Origin: Polaromonas sp.
Lineage (GTDB): Bacteria; Pseudomonadota; Gammaproteobacteria; Burkholderiales; Burkholderiaceae_C
Reading direction: 5' to 3'
Assembly: GCA_036506595.1 (NCBI GenBank)
Contig: DASXRN010000091.1
Span: forward strand, 1 to 39,497
DNA length: 39,497 nt
Both the position numbers and the translations under genes were made by a program. Under the pieces are notes generated by a model. It did not search any database and was not told the DNA's origin. It saw only the letters and a list, made by a program, of their open reading frames with translations. Of this stretch, positions 10,089-19,333 are shown piece after piece (position 1 is the stretch's first letter; each line of letters opens with the position of its first letter).

Positions 10089-10570
10089 GCAAACCCGACT
10101 TTCTGGACAAAATTGTTCCGCGCGCCGAGGCGGCCACGCGGGTCGCCGCACTGCCCAAGCCGGTGGTGTTTACCAATGGCGTGTTCGACGTGCTGCACCG
10201 GGGCCATGTCACTTACCTGGCGCGCGCCCGCGAACTGGGCGGCAGCCTGGTGGTGGCGCTCAATACCGATGCATCGGCCAGGCGCTTGGGCAAAGGGCCG
10301 GACAGGCCTCTCAACAACGAGCAGGACCGCGCCTTGATGATGGCGGCGCTGGAGTCCGTGAGCCTGGTCACCTGGTTTGACGAAGACACACCGCTGGAGT
10401 TGATCGCCGAGCTCAAGCCCGATGTGTTGGTCAAGGGCGGCGATTACGACATGGACAAGCTGGCCGAAACGGCCGTGGTGAAAGCCTATGGCGGCAAGGC
10501 CGTGGCGATTTCGTTTGTCGATGGGTATTCGACTAGCGCATTGGTCAGGAAAATCCGATCAACCCCTTGA
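10085..10570 (+). CDS. rfaE2: D-glycero-beta-D-manno-heptose 1-phosphate adenylyltransferase
   Basis: VFTNGVFDVLHRGH, KGPDRP, PDVLVKGGDY, STS; GTGA overlap with the upstream stop. Confidence 0.93.
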   Translation: MSKPDFLDKIVPRAEAATRVAALPKPVVFTNGVFDVLHRGHVTYLARARELGGSLVVALNTDASARRLGKGPDRPLNNEQDRALMMAALESVSLVTWFDEDTPLELIAELKPDVLVKGGDYDMDKLAETAVVKAYGGKAVAISFVDGYSTSALVRKIRSTP

Positions 10571-10605
10571 CCGCTGTCCCGGGTGACCCTGGCGGGTCCG
10601 GGGCT

Positions 10606-11850
10606 TCAGGCAGCCTTGGCGACCAGCACGGCATTGGAGCCGCCAAACGCGAACGAATTGGACATGATCACACGCAAGCCGGGGCAATCCCGCGCCACCA
10701 GGGGGATGAAGTCGAGATCGCAACGTGGATCCGGGTTTTCGAGGAAGGCGGTCGGTGGAAGCTGTCCGGCCCGCAAGGCCATCACGCTGGCGATGAACTC
10801 CATGGCGCCCGCCGCTCCCATGGCGTGCCCATGCCCCCCTTTGCTGGAGCTGACGGGCAAGCGGCTGGCGGCATCTTGAAAGGCCAGCTTGATGGCACTG
10901 GTTTCCACCACATCACCGACCTCGGTGGCGGTGCCATGGGCGTTGAGGTAGCCAATGTCGGAGGCATTCAGCCCCGCATCGGCGAGCGCCAGCGTCATGG
11001 CGCGAGCTTGCCCTTGCGGCTCGGGCTGTGTCAGGTGATGGGCGTCGGTCGTCGAGGCATAGCCCGAGAGCTCCGCCAGGATGTTGGCGCCGCGTCGTTT
11101 GGCGCTTTCCCATTCTTCCAGCACCAGCATGGCCGCACCCTCGGCCAGCACCAGGCCGGTGCGGTCGAGGGAAAACGGACGGCAGGAGGTTTCGGCGCCA
11201 TCGGCATGCGGTTTGGCCAGGGTGTGCATGGCCTGCCAGGCCTTGATGGTGCCCCGGTTCAGCAGCGCCTCCGCGCCGCCGGCCAGCATGGCATCGGCAT
11301 AGCCGTGGCGAATCTGGCGAAAGGCTTCCCCGATGGAGGTGGCCGAGGAAGCGCAGGCATTGGACACGGTGCTGCTCGGGCCCTTGAGGCCGAACTCCAT
11401 CGACACATGGGCGGCAATGGCATTGTTCATGGCCAGCACAACCGTCATGGGACGCAGGCGCGCGACTTTTTGCTCAAGCAAGGCCGTGTAGGCCACGTCG
11501 GTGGAGCCGGCGCCGCCGCTGCCGGTCCCCATGGAAACGCCAAAGCGCTCGGGCGCCAGGCTGGTGGGCCAAGCGGCCGCGTCGCTCAGTCCGGCCTGGG
11601 CCATGGCCTCACGGCCTGCGACCAGCGCAAACTGGCTGACCCGGTCCATGGTCAGCAGGCGGGCGCGCGGAAAGTGAAGGTCGGGATCGAAGTCGACGGC
11701 GCCCGCCAGCACGCTTTCGGTGCCGGTTGGAAAGGGGATGTCCATGGACCGGATGCCCGAGCGGGACGAGAGCAGCGACTCAAAGAATACGGGGGTGCTG
11801 GTTCCAATGGCGGAAACAACGCCAAGACCTGTGATGGCAACGCGACGCAT
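10606..11850 (-). CDS. Beta-ketoacyl-ACP synthase (FabF/KAS II-like)
   Basis: Intact Cys-His-His triad (NACASS, NAHGTAT, GHAMGAAG); SNSFAFGGSNA. Confidence 0.93.
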   Translation of the reverse strand: MRRVAITGLGVVSAIGTSTPVFFESLLSSRSGIRSMDIPFPTGTESVLAGAVDFDPDLHFPRARLLTMDRVSQFALVAGREAMAQAGLSDAAAWPTSLAPERFGVSMGTGSGGAGSTDVAYTALLEQKVARLRPMTVVLAMNNAIAAHVSMEFGLKGPSSTVSNACASSATSIGEAFRQIRHGYADAMLAGGAEALLNRGTIKAWQAMHTLAKPHADGAETSCRPFSLDRTGLVLAEGAAMLVLEEWESAKRRGANILAELSGYASTTDAHHLTQPEPQGQARAMTLALADAGLNASDIGYLNAHGTATEVGDVVETSAIKLAFQDAASRLPVSSSKGGHGHAMGAAGAMEFIASVMALRAGQLPPTAFLENPDPRCDLDFIPLVARDCPGLRVIMSNSFAFGGSNAVLVAKAA

Positions 11851-11879
11851 GGCAGTCTTGACCAGCCCCGTCCTGGGGC

Positions 11880-12119
11880 TCAGGGGGCGGGCTTGCCCGC
11901 TGGCAACAAAGGCTCAATCAACTGAACCATCTCGGCGAGGGTGCGCGGCGGATTGGCCTGGTCGGGGATCTGGATGCCGAACTTGTCTTCGATCTGGAAC
12001 AGGAATTCGATGACCGCCAGGGAGTCCAGCCCCAGGCTCTCCAGCGTGGCATCGGGCAGCAGTTTCTCTTCGCTGATGCCAAACGTCTCGGCAAAAAGAT
12101 TGATCAAATCAGAATTCAT
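11880..12119 (-). CDS. Acyl carrier protein
   Basis: 79 aa, acidic; LGLDSL phosphopantetheine site; IEDKFGIQIPD. Confidence 0.92.
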   Translation of the reverse strand: MNSDLINLFAETFGISEEKLLPDATLESLGLDSLAVIEFLFQIEDKFGIQIPDQANPPRTLAEMVQLIEPLLPAGKPAP

Positions 12120-12259
12120 CACCCAACCAGTAAGTTCTTGTCTACAAATTGCTATTGTCCACCATGGCCATGACAACAGACTTGTGCTGCTGTCCACGGA
12201 AGGGGTATTTTACAAAAGCGGTGGCCTTGTTCTTATGTCGTTTCGTGCGGTTTCATGCA

Positions 12260-13306
12260 TCAGGGCGTGTACATCTGCCTGACGGCATCGGACAGGCTGA
12301 AGGTGCCCAGCAGCTCCCCCAGGTAGCTGCTGGGCGCAGGCGCAATGGCGGCAGGACCGATTTCGTCCCGCAGGCGGGCATTACTGAAAACCGCGTCGGC
12401 CGTCAGAAACGGCAGGTAGGGTTGCAGCGCCTCGTACATCCAGCGCTGGCGGGCAAATTTGGGCGTGGGCACATAGTCGCGGCCACGCATCACCATCTTG
12501 CCGATGCCGGGCATGCTTGCTTTCAGCTCATCGGCCAGCGCCTCGAAGGTCATGGAATCCTCGCCGGTCGAGACATGGTAGCAGTCATGCTTCAGGTCAG
12601 TCTTGAGCAGCATTTCGGCAAACGCGCCGGCAATAAAATCCACTGGCGCAAAATCGAGCCTGCCCAGCGGATCCAACGGCACGTCACCGAGCTCGGCCAT
12701 CACGGGGATGGACCACAGCATGTTGCGCGACAGCTTGGGGTCGTCAATGCCCCGCGACAGCACAATGCCGGGACGCAGGCTGACAAAGGGAACGCCATTG
12801 GCGCGCAGCAGCTTTTCGGCATCGCGCTTGGAGGCGATGTAGTCATTGGCGTAACCGGCGAAGGGCATGTCTTCGGTGATCACGCCGCGTGGCTCGGTGG
12901 TCACTGCGGCGGTGCCGACGAAGAAGCCGCGTTGCGAGGGGCTCAAATTCTTAAGGATGCCGGCAAACTGCTCGGCCGCCTTGATATTGATCGGGTAGAC
13001 GCCGGCGCCGGGCTTGAAGGAGGTGCTGGCGGCGGAATGCAGCACCACGTCGGCGGACTGTATGACCGCAGGGCTCAGGCCGAAATTGGGTTCAACCACA
13101 TCGCCGGCTTGGGCCGACACCATGTCGACAAACTCAGGCTTCCACAAAACGCTTTTTTGCAGGCGTTCCAGGAGGCGGGCACGGGCCTGGTTGGCGTCGG
13201 CGGCACGGACCACAGCGGAGCTGTAAACGCCGCGCGCGGCCAGAAGAAGCATCAACTCCCCGCCAATCAGGCCGGTTGCGCCCGAAAGCAGTACGCGTTT
13301 TGACAT
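12260..13306 (-). CDS. Extended SDR, stand-alone thioester-reductase / fatty-acyl-reductase-like
   Basis: SGATGLIGG, VLHSAAST, YIASK (YxxxK), LRPGIV, LDFAPVDFIA. Confidence 0.8.
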   Translation of the reverse strand: MSKRVLLSGATGLIGGELMLLLAARGVYSSAVVRAADANQARARLLERLQKSVLWKPEFVDMVSAQAGDVVEPNFGLSPAVIQSADVVLHSAASTSFKPGAGVYPINIKAAEQFAGILKNLSPSQRGFFVGTAAVTTEPRGVITEDMPFAGYANDYIASKRDAEKLLRANGVPFVSLRPGIVLSRGIDDPKLSRNMLWSIPVMAELGDVPLDPLGRLDFAPVDFIAGAFAEMLLKTDLKHDCYHVSTGEDSMTFEALADELKASMPGIGKMVMRGRDYVPTPKFARQRWMYEALQPYLPFLTADAVFSNARLRDEIGPAAIAPAPSSYLGELLGTFSLSDAVRQMYTP

Positions 13307-13371
13307 GTGAAGAAATGTAAAGGTAGGTCTGCGAGTATAAGCCAGCCTGCTTAAGAGGCCGCTCAGCGGCG

Positions 13372-16300
13372 CTAGCTTCCGGATTCCCTGGCGCTGCCCT
13401 GCCCGCGCAAACGCTTGGCGATGCGCCGGATGAGCTGCTCCATGTCATCGAGGTAGGTGAACACCACGGGTATCACCAGCAGGCTCAGCACCGTGGAGGT
13501 GATCAGGCCGCCGATGACGGCAATCGACATGGGCGAGCGAAAGCTCGGGTCGGCTGAGCCGAAACCCAGCGCAATCGGCGTCATGCCGGCGCCCATGGCC
13601 AGCGTGGTCATGATGATGGGCCGCGCGCGTTTGCGGCAGGCATCGAGCAAGGCGTCCCAGCGGGACAGCTGGTGGTCGCGCCGCGCCACGATGGCGTATT
13701 CGACCAGCAGGATGGAGTTTTTCGTGGCGATGCCCATCAGCATGATGAGGCCGATGAGGGAGGGCATGGAAAAGCTTTTTTGGGCAATCAGCAGGCCGAC
13801 AAAGGCGCCGCCCAGCGACAGCGGCAGCGCCGCCAGAATCGTCACCGGGTGCAGAAAATCCTTGAACAGCAGCACCAGCACGATGTAGATGCACAGCACG
13901 CCGGTCAGCATGGCCAGGCCAAAGCTGGCAAACAGCTCGCCCATCACCTCGGCGTCACCGATCTCCACTACCTTGACCCCGGTCGGCAGGCCTTTGATGG
14001 CGGGCAGGTTTTTCACGGCTTCCGTGATGTCGCCGAGCGCTATTCCCGAGAGTTCGACCTCAAACTTGACATTGCGCGAGCGGTCGTAGCGATCAATGAT
14101 GGCCGGGCCGCTGGTCATTTCCAGCGTGGCGACCTGCCCCAGCATGACCGGGCCTATGCCTGGCTTGACGCTGGGCACGGCCAGGCGTTCCAGCACGCTG
14201 AGGTCTTTGCGTGCCGCATCATCGAGCTTGACGACGATGGGCACCTGGCGCTCGGGCAGGTTGAGTTTGGGCAGCGACTCCTCGTAGTCGCCGACGGTCG
14301 CAATGCGCAGCGTCTCGCCCATGGCCGCACTGCTGACGCCCAGGTCGGCGGCGCGGGCGAAGTCGGGGCGCACGGCGATTTCGGGCCGCACCAGGCTGGC
14401 ACTGGACGAGATATTGCCCAGGCCGGGGATGGTGCGCAGGTCTTTTTCAACCGCCTGGGCCGCAGCCTGCAAGGCGTTGGCGTCTTCGGCGGTCAGCACC
14501 AGAATGTAGGCCTCACCCGAGCCGCCCAGCCCCACCTTGCTGCGTACCCCCGGCAGGGCTTCGAGCGCGGCACGCATCTTGTTTTCAATGCCCTGCTTGC
14601 GCGGTCGCTCGCTGCGTTCGTCCAGCAGCACCGTCAGGGTGGCCTTGCGGGTTTCTGCCGCGCCATGGGGGGCAAACGGGTCGCCACCGGCCGAGCCGCC
14701 GCCAATGGTGGTGTAAATGCTTTTGACATGCGCCACCTGGCTGACCAGCAGACGCGCCTGCTCCGCCGCGGCGCTGGTTTGCGCCAGCGTGGCGCCGGGC
14801 GGCAGCTCCAGGTAGACCTGGGTTTGCGAGTTGTCATCGGGCGGAATGAAGCCGGTGGGCAGCAGCGGGATCAGCATTATCGAGCCGAAGAAAAAGACGG
14901 TGGCGGCGATCATGGTCGTCAGCCGGTGCTGCATGCACCAGGTGGCGGCGCGCATATAGAGTTTCATCCAGCGCGGCTCGGCATGCTCGCCAACGAGGGG
15001 TTTCAAAATATAGGCCGCCATCATGGGCGTCAACGCCCGGGCCACCACCAGCGAGGCAAACACCGCCAGCGAGGCGGTCCAGCCAAACTGCTTGAAGAAC
15101 TTGCCGGCCACGCCGCTCATGAAGGCGGTGGGTAAAAACACGGCAATCAGCGTGAAGGTGGTGGCGATCACCGCCAGGCCAATTTCGTCGGCGGCTTCCA
15201 TCGCGGCCTGGTAAGGCGTCTTGCCCATGCGCAGATGGCGCACGATGTTTTCAACCTCCACGATCGCGTCATCGACCAGAATGCCGATGACCAGCGACAG
15301 CGCCAGCAGCGTGATCACGTTGATGGAAAAGCCCAGCAGCTGCATGCCGATAAAGGCCGGAATCACCGACAGCGGCAGCGCCACGGCCGACACGAAGGTG
15401 GCGCGCCAGTCGCGCAGAAACAGCCACACCACCAGCACCGCCAGGATGCCGCCCTCGTAGAGCAGATTCATGGAGCCGTCGTACTCCTCCTGCACCGGCT
15501 GCACAAAATTGAAGGCTTCGGTGAGTTCCACGTCGGGGTGTTGCCGCTTGAGTTCGGCCAACGCCTGCTGCACCGCCGCACCCACGGCGACCTCGCTCTC
15601 GCCGCGGCTGCGGGCCACCTCAAAGCCCACCACCGGCTTGCCGTCGAGCAAGGCGGCGGCGCGCGGTTCGGCCGTGGTGTCGCTGACGGTGGCCACGTCG
15701 CTCAGCCGGATGCGCCGGCCGTCGCTGAGTGCCAGCTCCAGCCGGCCCAGTTCTTCGGCCGACTTGACGGTGGCCAGCGTGCGCATGGGCTGCTCGCTGC
15801 CGCCCAGGTCGGCGCGGCCACCGGCGGCCTCTAGCTGCACCTGGCGCAGCTGGCGCGAGATGTCGGCAGCGGTCGCGCCCAGCGCCTGCAGGCGCGAGGG
15901 GTCCAGCGCCACGCGCACCTCACGCGATACGCCCCCCACGCGGTTGACGGCGCCCACGCCGCGCACCGCCAGCAGCTTGCGCGCGATGTCGTTGTCGACA
16001 AACCACGACAGCGCTTCCTCGTCCATGCGCGCTGAGCGGATGGTGAAGGCCAGCACCGGCTGGCCCGCCAGGTCCATCTTGCTGACGACCGGCTCGCGCA
16101 CATCGCCGGGCAGCTCGGCGCGGACCCGGGCAACAGCGGCCCGCACATCGTCCACGGCCTCCTGCACCGGCTTTTCGAGCCGGAACTCGGCGGTGATGCT
16201 GACGCCGCCATCCTGCACCTTGGTGTGAATGTGCTTGAGACCCTGCACCGTCGCAATCGAGTTCTCCAGCCGGCGCGCTACTTCGGTCTCCAGCTGGGCC

Positions 16301-16467
16301 GGCGCCGCGCCGGGCAGCGAGGCCGACACCGTGACGGTCGGCAGGTCGATATCGGGAAAGTTCTGCACCTTCATGGCCCGGAACGACAGCAGGCCGGCAA
16401 ACGCCAGCAGCACAAACAGCATGACGGCGGGGATCGGATTCTTGATCGACCAGGCGGAGACATTCAT
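13372..16467 (-). CDS. RND efflux permease (AcrB/MdtB family)
   Basis: 1031 aa; GILVDDAIVEVEN, GIATKNSILLVE, RARPIIMTT. Confidence 0.96.
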   Translation of the reverse strand: MNVSAWSIKNPIPAVMLFVLLAFAGLLSFRAMKVQNFPDIDLPTVTVSASLPGAAPAQLETEVARRLENSIATVQGLKHIHTKVQDGGVSITAEFRLEKPVQEAVDDVRAAVARVRAELPGDVREPVVSKMDLAGQPVLAFTIRSARMDEEALSWFVDNDIARKLLAVRGVGAVNRVGGVSREVRVALDPSRLQALGATAADISRQLRQVQLEAAGGRADLGGSEQPMRTLATVKSAEELGRLELALSDGRRIRLSDVATVSDTTAEPRAAALLDGKPVVGFEVARSRGESEVAVGAAVQQALAELKRQHPDVELTEAFNFVQPVQEEYDGSMNLLYEGGILAVLVVWLFLRDWRATFVSAVALPLSVIPAFIGMQLLGFSINVITLLALSLVIGILVDDAIVEVENIVRHLRMGKTPYQAAMEAADEIGLAVIATTFTLIAVFLPTAFMSGVAGKFFKQFGWTASLAVFASLVVARALTPMMAAYILKPLVGEHAEPRWMKLYMRAATWCMQHRLTTMIAATVFFFGSIMLIPLLPTGFIPPDDNSQTQVYLELPPGATLAQTSAAAEQARLLVSQVAHVKSIYTTIGGGSAGGDPFAPHGAAETRKATLTVLLDERSERPRKQGIENKMRAALEALPGVRSKVGLGGSGEAYILVLTAEDANALQAAAQAVEKDLRTIPGLGNISSSASLVRPEIAVRPDFARAADLGVSSAAMGETLRIATVGDYEESLPKLNLPERQVPIVVKLDDAARKDLSVLERLAVPSVKPGIGPVMLGQVATLEMTSGPAIIDRYDRSRNVKFEVELSGIALGDITEAVKNLPAIKGLPTGVKVVEIGDAEVMGELFASFGLAMLTGVLCIYIVLVLLFKDFLHPVTILAALPLSLGGAFVGLLIAQKSFSMPSLIGLIMLMGIATKNSILLVEYAIVARRDHQLSRWDALLDACRKRARPIIMTTLAMGAGMTPIALGFGSADPSFRSPMSIAVIGGLITSTVLSLLVIPVVFTYLDDMEQLIRRIAKRLRGQGSARESGS

Positions 16468-16480
16468 CTGAATCTGCTCT

Positions 16481-17653
16481 TTATTTGACAGCTTCTTGCG
16501 CATTGCTGGCGGGGGCCAGAGGTGTGTTTGATGCTTGAGCATCGTTCACCCTCACGAGATCGCCATCATTCAAAAAGCCCGCGCCGCTGACAATGACACG
16601 TGCATCGGCGGCAAGACCCGAGAGGATTTCCACCCGGTCACCGGCTCGCCGTCCGGTCTGCACCTTGAGCTGGCTGACGTGCTTGTCGGCGTTGAGGCGG
16701 AACACGTAATTGAAGCCATCGCGCACCACCAGCGCGGGTTGCGGAATGGTCAGTGCGCTCGTCGTGCCCAGATCGAACTCGCCCCTGGCGAACATGCCGG
16801 CCTTGGCCGGCGAAGCCATGCCGGCCGACACCGGCAAATCCACATAGACCAGCGCCGCACGGGTCTGCGGGTCCACGCTGGGCGCGATCATGCGCACCCG
16901 GCCCACCAGCTGCGCGCCGCTGGCCGCGACCACGGTGGCCTTGGTGCCGGCCTTGATGCGGCCCAGCTCGGCCGAGGTGACTTCTGCGCGCCATTCCAGG
17001 CGACCACCGCGAATCATGCGAAACAGTTCGGTGCCCGCACTTACCACCGAGCCCACCGTGGCAGTACGTGCAGAGATCACGCCGTTGTCGGGCGCCAGCA
17101 CCCGGGTCTGCCGGCCGCGCAACTGCTGCGCCTCCAGCACGGCCTTGGCGGCTTCGACGCGTGCCTTGGCGGTTTGCTCGGCCGTGGCGTACTGGTTGAT
17201 CTGCTGCGTACTGAGCGCGCCGGAGCTGGCCAGCGTGCGGGCACGCGCGGCGTTGTCTGCCGCGTCGGCGGCGTTGGCCTGCGCTTCGAGCAGGCTGGCC
17301 CTGGCCTGGGCCATCTCGGCCTGCACGCTGTCGCCAGAGAACACTGCCAAGACCTGGCCGGCCTTGACCGGGTCGCCCACATTGACCAACACCTGAACCA
17401 GCCGCAGGCCGTTGGATTCCGAGCCGATGATGGCCTCCTGCCAGGCCGTGATGTTGCCATTGGCGCTGAGCTTGACCGGCAAGTTGAGCTGTTGCGGCAG
17501 GGCCGTGGCCACCGTGAGCGCCGGTTTGGCCGACGCCGCCTTCGGTGCATCGTTTGCCCCGGACTTTGAGGAAAAAATGGCTACAGCCCCCATGGACAGG
17601 GCGATGATAGCTATCAAAAAAATAGCAACCGGTTTGAGTTTGAGTTTTTCCAT
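16481..17653 (-). CDS. RND periplasmic adaptor (membrane fusion protein)
   Basis: VNVGDPVKAGQVL, coiled coil, VLAPDNGVIS, PSVDPQTR. Confidence 0.95.
   Translation of the reverse strand: MEKLKLKPVAIFLIAIIALSMGAVAIFSSKSGANDAPKAASAKPALTVATALPQQLNLPVKLSANGNITAWQEAIIGSESNGLRLVQVLVNVGDPVKAGQVLAVFSGDSVQAEMAQARASLLEAQANAADAADNAARARTLASSGALSTQQINQYATAEQTAKARVEAAKAVLEAQQLRGRQTRVLAPDNGVISARTATVGSVVSAGTELFRMIRGGRLEWRAEVTSAELGRIKAGTKATVVAASGAQLVGRVRMIAPSVDPQTRAALVYVDLPVSAGMASPAKAGMFARGEFDLGTTSALTIPQPALVVRDGFNYVFRLNADKHVSQLKVQTGRRAGDRVEILSGLAADARVIVSGAGFLNDGDLVRVNDAQASNTPLAPASNAQEAVK
17565..17627 (+). repeat. Dispersed palindromic element, copy C (inside the adaptor CDS, antisense to it)
   Basis: A-tract, GCCC-N9-GGGC, core GCTATCAAAAAAATAGC at 17610-17626; the minus strand reads AIFLIAIIALSMGAVAIFSSK. 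Confidence 0.8.
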
Positions 17654-17705
17654 GGTGCTGGGGTCCCGTCTATCGTTGTCGGAAAAGTCAAATAGGGCCA
17701 CCACC

Positions 17706-19220
17706 TCAGGGCGTGGCGGCCCCGGTTGGCGGGGGGGCGCTGGAAAGCTCGGAGGCCATGGGCGCCGGTGCAGGCACCGGGCTGTCGCTGGTCCAGCCGC
17801 CGCCTAGCGCCCGGTACAGGGCCACCCAGGCGCTGCGGCGATCGCGCTGCAGGTTCACGACGGCGCTCTGCGCGGCCAGCAAGGTGCGCCGTGCGTCTTC
17901 CAGCTCCACCAGGCTGGCCAGGCCGCTTTTGTAGCGGGCCTGGGTGCCGGTGAAGGACGCGCCGTAGCCCTCGGCGGCAATGGCGGCGTTCTGGCTGCGT
18001 TCGGCGCTGCTTTGCAGGTTGACGAGGGCTTCCTCAACCTCCCGGACCGCTTGGCGCACGCTGCCGCGGTACTGGGCCGCGGCGTTTTCATAACGCGCTT
18101 TGGCGGCCTCCACATTGGCCTCGCTGGCGCCGCCGTCAAACAGCGGAATGGTCAGTTGCAGCGGCCCCACCGACCAGGTGTCAAAGTACTGTGAAGAACG
18201 CCCCGTTTTCGACTTGGCGGTGGCGACGGAGCCGCTGAGACTCAGGCGCGGATAGCGTTCCGCACGCGCGCTGCCCACCTCCGAGTGGGCGGCATCGACC
18301 TCGCGCGCCGCGTTGAAAATATCGGGCCGTTGCGCCAGCACCTCGGCGGGCACGCTGACGATGGGCGCCATGGACTCCTGCGCGAGGTCGGCGGGTGCCT
18401 GGGCCAGTTTTTGCCGCAAGTCCGGCTCGGCGATGGCGGTCAATGCCACCAGCGCCTTGACATCGAGATCGCACAGCGCGCCTTGCCCGATGGCGTTGCT
18501 CTTGCCGTCTGCCGCGCTGGCGCGTGCCAGCGCGGCGGTGGCCGGCGCCTGGAACCCGGCCTTGGCGCTGAGCTCGGCCAGGCGCGCCGTCTCAAGGCGG
18601 GAGGCGGCATCGGCGCGGGCGACCGCCAAGAGTTTTTCACAAGCGCGCAGGCTGTAGTACTGGTTGGCAAGCTCGGCGGCGACCGATACGCGTGCGGCGT
18701 GCCACAGCGCCCGGGAGCCCTCCAGCCGTTGCTGGTCGGCATCGCGGCTGGCAGCGTACTGGCCAAACAGGTCGATTTCCCACGATGCCTGCAAACCGGC
18801 CTGCCCGGTGGTGGTGGTGGGCTGGGCCGCACGGTTGATCGGGGGCGAGCGGCTGCGGCTCAGGCTGCCGGTCGCGTCCAGTGTGGGCAACAAGGCCGCC
18901 GCTGAGGCTGCGCGGGAAGCGCGTGCCTGTTCAATGTTGGAAAGCGCCGAAGCGATGGAGGGGCTGACGGCCTCGGCGGCCATGATCAGCTCCACCAGCA
19001 GGGGGTCGTTTTGCTGTTGCCACCATTGGGCCAGGCCCGTCAGGCTGCCCTGGTGCGGCAAGGGAGCCTGCCATTGCACGGGAATGGCGGCCACGACCGG
19101 CGCTGATGTGGGCTGAGCAGCGCAGCCCGCAAGCCATAAAACGCACAGGAGGGAAAACGGCAAAAACGACGGCAGGCGCGGCAGCTTGGCAAGGCGGCCG
19201 TGGGGTTCAAACTTTTGCAT
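17706..19220 (-). CDS. Outer-membrane efflux lipoprotein (OprM/NodT family)
   Basis: Lipobox LAGC, ASWEIDLFG, LAQRPDI, LYRALGGGW; RBS GAGGA. Confidence 0.94.
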   Translation of the reverse strand: MQKFEPHGRLAKLPRLPSFLPFSLLCVLWLAGCAAQPTSAPVVAAIPVQWQAPLPHQGSLTGLAQWWQQQNDPLLVELIMAAEAVSPSIASALSNIEQARASRAASAAALLPTLDATGSLSRSRSPPINRAAQPTTTTGQAGLQASWEIDLFGQYAASRDADQQRLEGSRALWHAARVSVAAELANQYYSLRACEKLLAVARADAASRLETARLAELSAKAGFQAPATAALARASAADGKSNAIGQGALCDLDVKALVALTAIAEPDLRQKLAQAPADLAQESMAPIVSVPAEVLAQRPDIFNAAREVDAAHSEVGSARAERYPRLSLSGSVATAKSKTGRSSQYFDTWSVGPLQLTIPLFDGGASEANVEAAKARYENAAAQYRGSVRQAVREVEEALVNLQSSAERSQNAAIAAEGYGASFTGTQARYKSGLASLVELEDARRTLLAAQSAVVNLQRDRRSAWVALYRALGGGWTSDSPVPAPAPMASELSSAPPPTGAATP

Positions 19221-19333
19221 CGGTTGCAATCCTCATGCATGGCGTGCCAGTTGCCGTATGCGTGGCGGGTTGTGTACGGCGGGTCATTGCAGCGGTGACC
19301 CTGGCCCGTGCGTCATCGATTGGATGAAATCCA

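Noticed and set aside
10606-12119. ACP-KAS as the core acpP-fabF locus or an aromatic type II PKS
   Set aside because: No flanking fab genes, the ACP is divergent from AcpP, and there is no chain-length factor or cyclase.
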